A DNA stretch of 64,000 nucleotides from an uncultured Gammaproteobacteria bacterium (GTDB lineage Bacteria; Patescibacteriota; Microgenomatia; PFEM01; JAPLYW01), in assembly GCA_965230945.1 (NCBI GenBank), contig OZ246397.1:438284-502283 (forward strand). The letters are read 5' to 3'. The notes under the pieces were generated by a model, which made no database searches, was not told where the DNA came from, and saw only the letters and a program-made list of their open reading frames with translations. Positions 9,953 to 19,829 of the stretch are shown in pieces. Each line of letters begins with the position of its first letter. Position 1 is the first letter of the stretch. The translations under genes were made by a program, and so were the position numbers.

Positions 9953-10268
9953 AAATATTGCTTCTGTAATATCAATCGTAATGCTCCTCTTGGCTATACC
10001 TACTTTTTGGCCTTACGGATATTACATTCTTTTAAGATGGATAATAACTGCCAGTGCTTTATTTTTAGCTTGGATTGCATACGATTTAGAGAAAGTATTG
10101 TGGGTGGTCTTGATGGGCTTGGTGGCTATATTATTTAATCCTCTAATTCCCATTCATCTAGCCAAATCAGGTTGGGTTCTTATTGATTTTGTATCAGCTA
10201 TTCTTTTCTTTTTAGCTGCCTATTCTATAAAAACTATAGCCCACAAGCATAGCGGAGAGGAAGAATGA
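9927..10268 (+). CDS. hypothetical membrane protein (3-4 TM)
   Basis: ORF with hydrophobic helices; overlaps the previous ORF by 26 nt. Confidence 0.35.
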   Translation: MSKDLIKYKNIASVISIVMLLLAIPTFWPYGYYILLRWIITASALFLAWIAYDLEKVLWVVLMGLVAILFNPLIPIHLAKSGWVLIDFVSAILFFLAAYSIKTIAHKHSGEEE

Positions 10269-10423
10269 GTAAAAGAACAGCAAGCGGGAAAAAGCCAAGA
10301 AAATAGTACAACAACCTTTTTGACAAAATTATCTAACTTTATTCAAGAGGGAAAAAATATTTAAAGCAAGAGACGATGGGTGGCAGGACAGTAAGGTAGA
10401 AAATTTACCACCCATCGATTGGC

Positions 10424-11146
10424 TCATTCTAAATTTATCTTTTTAAAACATCTAAGACCGTTTTTATCGGTTCCCGCTTCAACAAAATCTTCAAAGATAA
10501 CCGGAATAACTTCCTTAAGTTTCATAAGTAAATCTCCCGTTACCTGACGGATTTCCCAATGAGCTGCTTTTTGAGTACGCATTTCAAAGATATGTCGCCA
10601 TTGTCTAAAATTGGCAGTAACAACAATATCAGCATTAATGGCGATAGGAAGTATTTGCCGAGCGTCTTCCGGAACCCAACCAGCTTTTCTCAAACCTCGA
10701 TAATACATCTCCACCTTATGCAGCATATCTACCATTGACATTCGTGTATCGTCCTCAAGTAGAACAACTTCATATGCGTTTTTATGAGGGGGTACAGTAC
10801 AATGTAGCTGGAACTTTTCTAAATCAACTTTTTTACCCGCGTAGTCAACATATCTCGTTGATTCCTGAGAGAAAGCACAGATGCGATGTCGAACCATTTC
10901 GTGAGTAAAGCCACGGGAAACGTCAAGGAACTTTACACTTAATGTAGAGTGCTCGATTACGCTTTCATGACCTCTTTTAATAACCGTCCTGATGAATCTA
11001 TTTGCCGATTCTTCGGTAATTTTATTTTTTTCAGAACGATAACAAGTTCTACCTGCGCTTTCCAGCCTTAATAGTTGAGCCTTAAGTTCACTTTCCGATG
11101 TAAGAATAACAGAAAGGCCTCTTTTTACAACTTCCATTACCATCAC
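10424..11146 (-). CDS. thyX: Flavin-dependent thymidylate synthase ThyX
   Basis: ThyX motif RHR-x7-S is present (HEMVRHRICAFSQESTRY); length 240 aa. Confidence 0.8.
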   Translation of the reverse strand: MMVMEVVKRGLSVILTSESELKAQLLRLESAGRTCYRSEKNKITEESANRFIRTVIKRGHESVIEHSTLSVKFLDVSRGFTHEMVRHRICAFSQESTRYVDYAGKKVDLEKFQLHCTVPPHKNAYEVVLLEDDTRMSMVDMLHKVEMYYRGLRKAGWVPEDARQILPIAINADIVVTANFRQWRHIFEMRTQKAAHWEIRQVTGDLLMKLKEVIPVIFEDFVEAGTDKNGLRCFKKINLE

Positions 11147-11273
11147 TCCCTTTCAATTTTTAAATTAATGAGCCAATGGAGCAATTATAGCACTTCCTGC
11201 AAATGTTTTTTAATTTTGAGATAATTCTAGTAAAAGATTTGAGGATTGGTTGTTATCAGCTCAAGAAGTAAGC

Positions 11274-12137
11274 TTAAAGTTCTTCTATTTTGATTTTCTT
11301 TTCTCCGGTTTCTTTAATAAGATCAAGATATTTTTCCGTGGTAGAGAGACGTTTATGACCAACTAGTTTTTGGATAAGAACTACAGAAGCTCCATTGGCT
11401 AGTTGGTGGGCAATAAAGGTGTGTCTGAGATCATTGATAGTCGCATCTTTAATTTCCGCTTCTTTAAAATAACGGCCAACAATAGTGCGAATGTTTCTGA
11501 CCAGAAATGGTCTTCCAGTTTTAGTTATAAAGATGTTTTTGGTTTTAGTTTTAAGCCTGAATTCCAACCAGCGTTCTAGTGATTTTTTGGCTGATTGGTT
11601 CAAGACGATAGCTCTTTCAGGTTGAGATTCATAAGCTTTAATTTTAAGTTGATTGTCTTTAAAATCAGCAAGTTCTAATCGAGCGAGTTCTCCAATACGG
11701 ATACCGGTTTGAAGCAATAATTCAACGACAGTGGAGATGCGGACATCATTACGGACAGCATCTCTTAAAGCTCGGTATTCCATCTGACTTAGAATTCGAG
11801 GAGGTTTAGCTTCATAACTAGGATATGTGATTGATTCAGCAGGATTATTGTCAATGATATTTTGGCTATTTAAATATTTGAAAAAAGACTTGATTGAATT
11901 AAGTTTTCTGGAAGCTGATTTAGGTAGATATTTATTGTAATTAAGGTATTCTTTAAAGTCTTCAATATGTTCAGGGGTAATAGAAGTTGCTTGAGTAATT
12001 TGTTTTTTACCCAAAAATTCAATAAACTGACTAAGGTCATTGCCATATGCTAAAATAGTAGAAGACGATTTACCTTGTTTTTTTAAAAAGTCGATAAATT
12101 TTTTATAGGCAGTATTCAGAGATTTATCATCAGCCAT
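11274..12137 (-). CDS. Tyrosine site-specific recombinase, XerC/XerD family
   Basis: N-terminal SAM-like segment (ILAYGNDLSQFIEFL) and a C-terminal catalytic region with R...H..R...Y arrangement (LRHTFIAHQL...GHKRLSTTEKYLD); 287 aa. Confidence 0.75.
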   Translation of the reverse strand: MADDKSLNTAYKKFIDFLKKQGKSSSTILAYGNDLSQFIEFLGKKQITQATSITPEHIEDFKEYLNYNKYLPKSASRKLNSIKSFFKYLNSQNIIDNNPAESITYPSYEAKPPRILSQMEYRALRDAVRNDVRISTVVELLLQTGIRIGELARLELADFKDNQLKIKAYESQPERAIVLNQSAKKSLERWLEFRLKTKTKNIFITKTGRPFLVRNIRTIVGRYFKEAEIKDATINDLRHTFIAHQLANGASVVLIQKLVGHKRLSTTEKYLDLIKETGEKKIKIEEL

Positions 12138-12230
12138 AGAAGCTTTGAGGGCAGCGTTAAAATAATATTACCTAATAGCAATCCGCTATAGGGTAATCCT
12201 ATAATAACACCTGGAAGGCAACCTGTCAAT

Positions 12231-12605
12231 ATGTCAAATAAAAAGTTAAACTTACTTATACGCAGCAGGCTAGTTCAGATAGTAATTATTTTTATCGGTA
12301 TTGGTCTTATAGTCAACTTGTCAAAGGATATCATAGGGCTTTTAAAATCAGCTGGGGAATTAAAGCTAACCGAGCAGAGGGTAGGGGAGGTAAAGGAAGA
12401 AACCCTTAGCCTGAAACAAAAGAAAGAATATTATCAATCAAATGAATTTATTGAAGAAATGGCGAGAAATAAACTTAATATGGCCAGAGAAGGAGAAACG
12501 GTTGTTATTCTACCGCCAAATATAAAAGAAGTTTTGGGTTATCAAGAGTCTACTCTTCCTGAGTATATTCCCAATTGGAAACAATGGTTTAATCTATTTA
12601 GGTAG
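12231..12605 (+). CDS. Septum formation initiator family protein (FtsB/DivIC-like)
   Basis: N-terminal TM, then a coiled coil, then FIEEMARNKLNMAREGETVV resembling the FtsB/DivIC C-terminal motif. Confidence 0.5.
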   Translation: MSNKKLNLLIRSRLVQIVIIFIGIGLIVNLSKDIIGLLKSAGELKLTEQRVGEVKEETLSLKQKKEYYQSNEFIEEMARNKLNMAREGETVVILPPNIKEVLGYQESTLPEYIPNWKQWFNLFR

Positions 12606-12652
12606 TAAAGCTTGTTCTAGATTCGTTTTTTTGATAAAATTACTTTATGATA

Positions 12653-12926
12653 TGCGGGGTAGTGTACGGCAGCACGTGAGGCTCGTTTAAAATTGGGCCC
12701 TCTAATAGGTAACTATTGAGAGTGCACTCGGCTATATCGGTGAAACCCTACTGTAACTAGAGGGCAATACCGAGGGAACCCTAAAAATATTAGGGACTCT
12801 GTAGAGACTACACGCCGAGCATCCTGAATTTATTTAGGATGAAGATATAGTCCGACACTTTGAGTAATCGGAGCAAACAGTTTGCATAATCTCACAGACC
12901 GGGTTCAACTCCCGGCCCCGCAACCA
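12653..12926 (+). tRNA. tRNA(CAU) (elongator Met or Ile2 type) interrupted in the anticodon loop by a group I intron; exons 12653-12683 and 12885-12926
   Basis: Exons fold as acceptor tgcgggg/ccccgca, D-arm gtgt-acggca-gcac, anticodon stem tgagg/tctca with loop c-U33|CAUaa, T-arm ccggg-TTCAACT-cccgg, discriminator A and encoded CCA. The 5' exon ends in U and the intron ends in G. Confidence 0.6.
12684..12884 (+). ncRNA. Group I self-splicing intron (about 201 nt, ORF-less) inside tRNA(CAU)
   Basis: Contains group I R-like CTGTAGAGACTACACG and S-like GAAGATATAGTCCGAC elements. Boundaries are U|intron...G|exon. Size and host gene resemble the minimal Azoarcus-type tRNA intron. Confidence 0.6.
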
Positions 12927-12928
12927 AA

Positions 12929-13000
12929 GGTAGGGAGTAGACTGGTGTCTTGGAACGTTTCATAAGCGTTTTTTAGTGGGTTCGACTCCCACCCCTACCA
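12929..13000 (+). tRNA. tRNA with CAU anticodon (second copy; D-arm atypical)
   Basis: Acceptor ggtaggg/ccctacc; anticodon stem aacgt/gcgtt with loop ttCATaa; T-arm gtggg-TTCGACT-cccac; discriminator A. The D-arm is short, so this call is less secure. Confidence 0.45.
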
Positions 13001-13003
13001 CAA

Positions 13004-13029
13004 CCACTTCTAAAGGGAGTGGTTTTTTG
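13004..13029 (+). terminator. Rho-independent terminator after the tRNA pair
   Basis: CCACTtctaaagggAGTGG hairpin followed by TTTTTT. Confidence 0.5.
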
Positions 13030-13046
13030 TTAAAATAGTCCCAAGT

Positions 13047-14027
13047 ATGGCTGAAAAAAGAGTTTTTTCAGGAATTAGATCAAGTGGAAGACTGCACATT
13101 GGTAATTACTTTGGGGCAGTTAAGGGAATGCTTGCCTTGCAAGACACTCATGATTGTGTCTTTGGAGTGGTGGACTGTCATGGTATAACGACACCCTTTA
13201 ATCCTCAAAATATGCAGAAAGAAATAAGGGAAGTCGTTTTAGATTATTTAGCTGCTGGTCTTGATCCAAAGAAATGTCACTTAATGATTCAATCTCAAGT
13301 ACCCGAGCATATAGAGCTTTCTTATTTCTTTGCTACCATTTTTCCTGTGTCCAGACTTGAGCAGCTGCCTACTTACAAAGAAAAAAAGATTGAAAATCCA
13401 AACTATGTTAATTTAGGGCTTTTGTATTATCCGATTTTAATGGCAGCAGATATTTTAATTTACAAAGCAGATAAAGTTCCTGTAGGAAAAGATCAATTGC
13501 CTCATATTGAATTAACCAGAGAAGTGGCTAGGAAATTTAACTCTATGTTTGGAAAAATATTCCCTGAACCCCAGGCTTATCTGACCAAGGGTGCTTTAGT
13601 CCCATCTTTACTAGGAGAAGGTAAGATGAGTAAATCGCTAAAAGGGAGCTATATTTTGTTAACTGATGATTTAAAAAGTGTTAAAGAGAAATTAGCTAAG
13701 GCTCCCACTGATAGGGGTTTTGGTAAAAGTATTCCAAAAGAAGGCGGCGTGGCTAACTTGCTATTCTTCGTTGAACTTTTTATGGGTGAAAAAGTAAGAA
13801 AAGAATACGAAAAGCAGTATTTAAGTAAGGGAATTAAATATTCAGAACTTAAAGAAAAACTAGCAAAAGCTGTTTTTGAGGCTCTTCAACTAATTCAAGA
13901 GAGAAGGAGATATTTTGAGGATAGGCCTAAATTGGTTGATGAGATTCTAGAAGAAGGAAGAATCTATTGTTCAAAGCTTGCCAAAGGGACTCTTTTAGAG
14001 GTTAAAAAAGTCATGGGTTTGGTTTGA
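13047..14027 (+). CDS. trpS: Tryptophan--tRNA ligase
   Basis: Class I aaRS motifs: the HIGN-type motif in SGRLHIGNYFGA and KMSKS in GKMSKSLKGS; 326 aa. Confidence 0.9.
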   Translation: MAEKRVFSGIRSSGRLHIGNYFGAVKGMLALQDTHDCVFGVVDCHGITTPFNPQNMQKEIREVVLDYLAAGLDPKKCHLMIQSQVPEHIELSYFFATIFPVSRLEQLPTYKEKKIENPNYVNLGLLYYPILMAADILIYKADKVPVGKDQLPHIELTREVARKFNSMFGKIFPEPQAYLTKGALVPSLLGEGKMSKSLKGSYILLTDDLKSVKEKLAKAPTDRGFGKSIPKEGGVANLLFFVELFMGEKVRKEYEKQYLSKGIKYSELKEKLAKAVFEALQLIQERRRYFEDRPKLVDEILEEGRIYCSKLAKGTLLEVKKVMGLV

Positions 14028-14061
14028 ATAAGCTACCTAGATATGGTAGAATAAAAGCCTG

Positions 14062-15918
14062 ATGGTAAAGAAAGGCAGGCTTCCCCAGCGTCCGGTTAAA
14101 AAGTACCAATTTAAGTTAAAGTTAAATTTAAGAAATATTTTGCTTTGGTTGTTTTTAGGAGCTATTTTCTTTTCCCTTTTATTTTCTTTTCCTGCTAAAC
14201 CCGGTCTTACTGAAGAGGAAATTCCTCTGTCTCAAGTTTTAACAGACATTAAAGAAAATAAAATTAAAGAGATTGAAGTAGAGGATAGCAAGATTAGGCT
14301 GACTTACGAGGATGACCAGAAACGCTTTTCTAGGAAAGAAGGAGAAATTAGTTTTATTGAGGTTTTAAAGTCAGAAGGGATTGATTCTTCTGCTGTTAAA
14401 GTTTCTATTAAAGATACATCTCTTTCAAAGGTTTGGATTAACGTCTTATCAGGTATCTTGCCTTTCATTTTGTTAGTGGTTTTTTTCTTCTTTATCTTCC
14501 GTCAGGCCAAAGGGGCTCAGGATTCTATCTTTTCCTTTGGCCGCTCAAAAGCTCAGCTTTTTTCAAAAGGTAAACAATCGACTACCTTTAAGGATGTGGC
14601 TGGTGTTGATGAGGCAAAGAGGGAATTAGAAGAAGTGGTTGATTTCTTAAAACATCCTGGGAAATATAGAAGATTGGGAGCAAGAACTCCTAGGGGAGTC
14701 CTTTTAATTGGACCTTCAGGGACAGGAAAGACTTTATTAGCTAAGGCACTAGCCGGAGAAGCCAACACCCCTTTCTTTTCTATGGCCGGTTCTGAGTTTA
14801 TGGAAATGTTGGTTGGAGTCGGAGCCTCTAGGGTAAGAGATTTATTCAAAAACGCTAAAAAGGCAGCCCCATCCATCATTTTTATTGATGAGATTGATGC
14901 CATTGGTAGACAAAGAGGAATGGGTATTGGTGGAGGTCATGACGAAAGAGAACAGACTTTAAATCAGATTTTAGTGGAGATGGATGGTTTTTCTCCTTCA
15001 GATAATGTCCTTATTTTGGCCGCAACAAACAGAGGTGATCTTTTAGATCCGGCCTTATTGCGTCCTGGTCGATTTGATCGCCGCGTTATTCTAGAACTTC
15101 CAGATATTGAGGATCGAAAAGCGATTTTGGCCATTCATGCCAGAGGTAAACCCTTTATTAAAGAGATTAATTGGAATAATATTGCCAGAAGAACAGTTGG
15201 TTTTTCCGGTGCTGATTTGGAAAACATGCTTAATGAAGCCGCTATTTTAGCGGCCAGAAATAATAAAAAGATAATTAACGCTGGTGACATTGAAGAATCA
15301 GCCACCAAGGTTAAATTAGGACCGGAGAAGAAAAGAATTCAATCTAAAGAGGAAAAAAGAATGACGGCTTACCATGAAGCGGCTCATGCCATTGTCAGCT
15401 TTAGGTTGCCTCATATTGATCCCGTTCATCGAATTTCCATTGTTTCTCGAGGAGTGGCCATGGGTTTTACCTTAATTCCGCCCAAAAAAGACCGCTATAC
15501 AGAAACCAAAAGTCATATGGTAGAGATGATTGCTACTTTATTGGGGGGAAGAGCCGCTGAAAGCTTAGTCTTTGATGAATTAACAGGAGGAGCGGCTTCT
15601 GATATCAGCCAAGCTACCAGAATTGCTCGTCAAATGGTGGTTGATTATGGGATGAGTGATTTAGGTCCTGTTTATTTGGGACCTCAGGTTGAAACCACTG
15701 GTTTTGGACGTACATGGGTACAACCTACAGAAATTAGCCCCGATATGCAAGCTAAAGTTGATAAAGAAGTTAAGCAGATTGTTGATGATGCCTTTAAAAA
15801 GGCAACCGATATTTTAAAGAAAAATAGAAAGAAGTTGGATTTGATAGCTAACAGATTGGTTGAGAAAGAAACTTTGGAAGGCGAAGAATTTGAAAGATTA
15901 ATGAAGAAAAAAGCCTAA
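14062..15918 (+). CDS. ftsH: ATP-dependent zinc metalloprotease FtsH
   Basis: N-terminal TMs; AAA Walker A GPSGTGKT; second region of homology; HEAAH zinc motif. Confidence 0.9.
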   Translation: MVKKGRLPQRPVKKYQFKLKLNLRNILLWLFLGAIFFSLLFSFPAKPGLTEEEIPLSQVLTDIKENKIKEIEVEDSKIRLTYEDDQKRFSRKEGEISFIEVLKSEGIDSSAVKVSIKDTSLSKVWINVLSGILPFILLVVFFFFIFRQAKGAQDSIFSFGRSKAQLFSKGKQSTTFKDVAGVDEAKRELEEVVDFLKHPGKYRRLGARTPRGVLLIGPSGTGKTLLAKALAGEANTPFFSMAGSEFMEMLVGVGASRVRDLFKNAKKAAPSIIFIDEIDAIGRQRGMGIGGGHDEREQTLNQILVEMDGFSPSDNVLILAATNRGDLLDPALLRPGRFDRRVILELPDIEDRKAILAIHARGKPFIKEINWNNIARRTVGFSGADLENMLNEAAILAARNNKKIINAGDIEESATKVKLGPEKKRIQSKEEKRMTAYHEAAHAIVSFRLPHIDPVHRISIVSRGVAMGFTLIPPKKDRYTETKSHMVEMIATLLGGRAAESLVFDELTGGAASDISQATRIARQMVVDYGMSDLGPVYLGPQVETTGFGRTWVQPTEISPDMQAKVDKEVKQIVDDAFKKATDILKKNRKKLDLIANRLVEKETLEGEEFERLMKKKA

Positions 15919-16832
15919 TGAAGACCCTGGTTCTTATTGATGGGCATGCGATTCTCCATCGTGCCTACCATGCTTTTCCGTTAACATTGAAAACAAGAAA
16001 AGGAGAGATAGTTAATGCCGTTTATGGGTTTACGCGCATGTTGCTAACCGTTTTAGAGAATCTTAAACCTGAATATTTAGCGGTGGCTTTTGATTTGCCT
16101 GAGCCTACTTTTCGACATCATGAATTTATTGGCTATCAGGCTCACCGGCCAGAAACAGATAAAGAGCTGATAGATCAACTGAAGCGGGTTTATCAAATAG
16201 TAAAGACCTTAAATATTCCTATTTTTACCTACAGTGGTTTTGAAGCCGATGATATCATTGGCACTCTTTCTAAACAGGCTGGTAGAAAGAAAAATTTACA
16301 AACGATTATTGTTACCGGGGATCGGGATATTATGCAGTTGGTAGATAAAAAAGTAAAGGTTTACGCTCCCAAAAAAGGTTTTGCTCAAGCGGAGCTTTTT
16401 AATCCTAAGAAAGTTAAAGAATTTTTAGGTGTTCGTCCGGATCAAATTATTGATTATAAGGCTTTAGTTGGTGATCCTTCTGATAATTATCCTGGTGTTC
16501 CCGGAATTGGACCTAAAACAGCTACCTTGCTTTTGGAGAAATATAAGACACTTAATAATATTTTTAAGAATATTGGGAGAATTAGACCTTTAGTAGCTCA
16601 GAAAATAAAGGAAGGAGAAGAAAGTGCCTTGCTTTCCCAAAGATTGGCAACTATTATCAGAGATATTGCTGTGAGGCTTAATTTAAAAAAATGCCAAGTT
16701 CATGATTATGATAAAGAAAAGGTTATGGAATTATTTACAGAGTTGGAATTTAAGAGTTTAATTAATAAGCTGCCCTGGCAAAAAGAGAAAGAAAAAAAGA
16801 AAGGCAAAAACAGACAAATGCAATTGGTATGA
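15918..16832 (+). CDS. Standalone 5'-3' exonuclease (Pol I N-terminal / FEN-like domain)
   Basis: [20 protein letters not shown] start and GDRD acidic motif; the helix-hairpin-helix region (PGVPGIGPKTA) is typical of the PolA 5' nuclease domain; 304 aa with no polymerase domain. Confidence 0.75.
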   Translation: MKTLVLIDGHAILHRAYHAFPLTLKTRKGEIVNAVYGFTRMLLTVLENLKPEYLAVAFDLPEPTFRHHEFIGYQAHRPETDKELIDQLKRVYQIVKTLNIPIFTYSGFEADDIIGTLSKQAGRKKNLQTIIVTGDRDIMQLVDKKVKVYAPKKGFAQAELFNPKKVKEFLGVRPDQIIDYKALVGDPSDNYPGVPGIGPKTATLLLEKYKTLNNIFKNIGRIRPLVAQKIKEGEESALLSQRLATIIRDIAVRLNLKKCQVHDYDKEKVMELFTELEFKSLINKLPWQKEKEKKKGKNRQMQLV

Positions 16833-17953
16833 AAATAGCTTTGGTCCATGACTATCTGAAAGAATATGGGGGAGCTGAGAGAGTCTTAGAAGCTCTTCAT
16901 GAGATATGGCCTAAAGCGCCTATTTTTACTTTAGTTTATGCACCTAGCTATTTAGGTCCTCATAAAAAACGTTTAGAAAAATGGCCTGTAAAACCTTTAA
17001 TTCCTCAGTGTTTTTATTTGGCTACTAAGCTGATTAGCCCTTTGCGTTTATTGGCGCCTCTTTTATTTAAAAACCTAGATTTAAGTGATTATGATCTTAT
17101 CTTGGTATCGGCCACTGGTGCTTATAATCCTAATTTAGTTAAATGCAAGCAAAAGACTCATTTTTGTTACTGCCATACACCACCGAGGTATCTTTATGGT
17201 TTACCTACGGCCAGAGAATGGAAAAAATATTGGTGGTTTCGAATTCCTGCTCAAATTTCCAATCATTTTCTAAGATTGGTTGATTTTAGGTCGGCTCAAA
17301 AAGTTGATTATTTTATGGCTAATTCCAAAAATACTGTTTCAAGAATCAATAAATTTTATAGAAAAAAGGCGATAGTTATTTATCCACCAGTCGATGTTAA
17401 AAAAGACTTAGGTAAAACTAAAATTGGCGATTATTTTTTAGCTGGCGGGAGGTTGGCGAGGCCTAAACGAGTTGATTTAGCCATTAAAGCTTGTAATAAG
17501 CTCAAATTGCCTTTAAAGATTTATGGACGAGCTTTTGCTGGTTATGGAGAAGAGCTAAAGGCTATGGCTGGCCCAACTATTGAGTTTTTAGGAGAAATTA
17601 CTGATAAACAAAAAGATGAGCTTTATCGGAATTGCAGAGCCTATATTTTTCCGGCCGAGGAAGAGGATTTCGGCATTAGTCCGGTAGAGGCTTTAGGTTT
17701 TGGTAAACCGGTTATTGCTTTAAGACAGGGAGGGGTTTTAGAAAGTGTTCTTGAAAGGGAAACAGGCGAGTTTTTTGATAAACCAACCGTGGAAAGTTTA
17801 GTGAAGGTCTTAAGAAATTTTGAACCTAAAAGATACAAACCAGAGAATTGTTTTAAACAAGCTAAAAGATTTTCTAAAGAAAGATTTAAAAAAGAGATTA
17901 AAAAGTTTATAGAAGAAAAATATGCCGGAGCTGCCAGAAGTAGAAACCATTAA
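16829..17953 (+). CDS. Glycosyltransferase family 4 (GT-B)
   Basis: IALVHDYL...GGAERV N-terminus and the EEDFGISPVEALGFGKPVIA (E-x7-E) C-terminal motif. Confidence 0.7.
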   Translation: MKIALVHDYLKEYGGAERVLEALHEIWPKAPIFTLVYAPSYLGPHKKRLEKWPVKPLIPQCFYLATKLISPLRLLAPLLFKNLDLSDYDLILVSATGAYNPNLVKCKQKTHFCYCHTPPRYLYGLPTAREWKKYWWFRIPAQISNHFLRLVDFRSAQKVDYFMANSKNTVSRINKFYRKKAIVIYPPVDVKKDLGKTKIGDYFLAGGRLARPKRVDLAIKACNKLKLPLKIYGRAFAGYGEELKAMAGPTIEFLGEITDKQKDELYRNCRAYIFPAEEEDFGISPVEALGFGKPVIALRQGGVLESVLERETGEFFDKPTVESLVKVLRNFEPKRYKPENCFKQAKRFSKERFKKEIKKFIEEKYAGAARSRNH

Positions 17954-18752
17954 AAGAGGCCTTAATCGTTTAATTGTAGGATACCAGGTTTTAGATATTA
18001 AAACTGACTCACCGCAACAGATAAAGCCTTCTTTAAATGAGGTTAAGAGGGCTCTTTTGGGGAATAAGATTGAAAAAATTGAAAGAAGAGGCAAACTTTT
18101 ACAGATTTTTTTCTCCAAGGGGACTGTTTTAGGTATCCATTTAAAGCTTACAGGTAGGCTTTTGGTCAGGAAAAAGAATGATCCTCATGATAAATGGCAA
18201 CATATTACTATTTCTCTTTCTGGAGATAAGGAACTTCGCTTTGCCGATTCTCGTAAGTTCGGCTGGTTTAAATTGTTTAAAGACAAAAAGGAACTTGAAA
18301 AAGTTCTTTCTGAACTTGGCAAAGAGCCCTTGGATGATTTAAAACTTAAAGATTTTAAAGAGATTTTGTCTTCTTCGAGGAGACCAGTAAAAGTGGTTTT
18401 AATGGATCAAGCAAAAATTGCTGGGGTGGGGAATATCTATGCTAATGATGCCCTGTTTTTATCAGGCATTGATCCGCGTAGGGCAGCTAATAAAATTACT
18501 GATTTTGAGATCAAAAAACTTTATGAAGCCTTAGAAAAAGTATTAAGACTTGGCATTAAAGAGAGAGGCGCTTCTGACCAATATTATTTAGACGCTTCAG
18601 GAAGAAAAGGATCTTATCAGAAACATTTTTTAGTTTATGGCAGAGCTGGTGAAAAATGCCGTAAATGTCAAGAGAAAATAAAAAGAATTAATGTCGGAGG
18701 GCGAGGTACTTTTTATTGCCCCTATTGTCAAAAAGAAAAGATTTTGGAATAA
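17922..18752 (+). CDS. mutM: Formamidopyrimidine-DNA glycosylase (Fpg/Nei family)
   Basis: N-terminal MPELPEVE catalytic proline start and a C-terminal zinc finger CRKCQ...CPYCQ. Confidence 0.85.
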   Translation: MPELPEVETIKRGLNRLIVGYQVLDIKTDSPQQIKPSLNEVKRALLGNKIEKIERRGKLLQIFFSKGTVLGIHLKLTGRLLVRKKNDPHDKWQHITISLSGDKELRFADSRKFGWFKLFKDKKELEKVLSELGKEPLDDLKLKDFKEILSSSRRPVKVVLMDQAKIAGVGNIYANDALFLSGIDPRRAANKITDFEIKKLYEALEKVLRLGIKERGASDQYYLDASGRKGSYQKHFLVYGRAGEKCRKCQEKIKRINVGGRGTFYCPYCQKEKILE

Positions 18753-18764
18753 ATTCAAAAAGAG

Positions 18765-19829
18765 ATGGTTTTAAAACAAATTTGTCTTAAAGATTTTAGA
18801 AATTACTCTCAAAAGGAATTTGAGTTTTCTGCAAACTCGACTTTATTAGTTGGTCCTAATGCGGTTGGCAAGACTAATCTTTTGGAGGCGATTTATCTTT
18901 TAGCTACTGGCAAGAGCTTCCGAGCCCAAGTGGTGGAAGAGATGATTAATTACGGACAGGATTTAGCTCGTCTTAGAGCCGAGATCAAAAATTCTCAAGG
19001 CACAGAAAGCTTGGAGATAGTCTTAACCACGGGTGAAATATTAGGAAGAAGAACCCCTAAGAAAAGATATTTGGTAAATGGAGTCGGGCGGCGCATGATG
19101 GATTTTGTCGGTAATTTGAGAGTTGTTTATTTTGGCCCCGAAGATTTGAAAATTATTTTAAATAGTCCTTCAGTCCGTCGCCAATGGTTAGATTCAGTTT
19201 TGGAGCAGATAGATAAAGAATACAAGAGAGCTAATCTTTCTTATCAAAAAGGCTTAAGGCAGAGAAATAAACTTTTAGAACAAATTCGTGATGAAGGAAA
19301 GCCAAAAGGAATTCTTTTCTTTTGGAATAAGCTTTTGCTTGAGAATGGTGAGATTATTAGTCAAAAAAGGGAGGAGTTTATTAACTTTATTAATAGTCAG
19401 CCTCATTATTTTGGTCAAATTGATGTTCTTTATGATAAAAGCGTCATTTCACCCCAGCGTTTGCAAAGATATCTTGATAGAGAAATTGCCTCAGGCATGA
19501 CTTTGATGGGGCCTCATCGTGATGATTTTGACGTCAAAATCAAAGATGGAGAGGTGGAGCGAAGCTTGCATGCTTTTGGTTCTCGAAGTGAACAGAGGAC
19601 AGCTATTTTTAGCCTCAAGCTGGCAGAACTAGAGTTCATGTTTGTCAAAACACAAGAAAGGCCTCTCTTGTTATTGGATGATATTTTCTCCGAGCTGGAT
19701 AATAAGAGAAGGGAGAGGTTATTGGAGGTTATTCCCAAACAACAAACCATCTTGACGACGGCGGATATCGATTTACTGGAAAAGCAATACTTAAAGAAAT
19801 TAGAGGTGATTAAGGTAAAAGCAGTTTAA
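18765..19829 (+). CDS. recF: DNA replication and repair protein RecF
   Basis: LKDFRNY...LLVGPNAVGKTNLLEAI Walker A and SMC-like signature; 354 aa. Confidence 0.85.
   Translation: MVLKQICLKDFRNYSQKEFEFSANSTLLVGPNAVGKTNLLEAIYLLATGKSFRAQVVEEMINYGQDLARLRAEIKNSQGTESLEIVLTTGEILGRRTPKKRYLVNGVGRRMMDFVGNLRVVYFGPEDLKIILNSPSVRRQWLDSVLEQIDKEYKRANLSYQKGLRQRNKLLEQIRDEGKPKGILFFWNKLLLENGEIISQKREEFINFINSQPHYFGQIDVLYDKSVISPQRLQRYLDREIASGMTLMGPHRDDFDVKIKDGEVERSLHAFGSRSEQRTAIFSLKLAELEFMFVKTQERPLLLLDDIFSELDNKRRERLLEVIPKQQTILTTADIDLLEKQYLKKLEVIKVKAV

Noticed and set aside
10374-10417. Inverted repeat CGATGGGTGG...CCACCCATCG downstream of thyX
   Set aside because: A 10-bp stem with a 24-nt loop and no adjacent U-tract; not a convincing intrinsic terminator.
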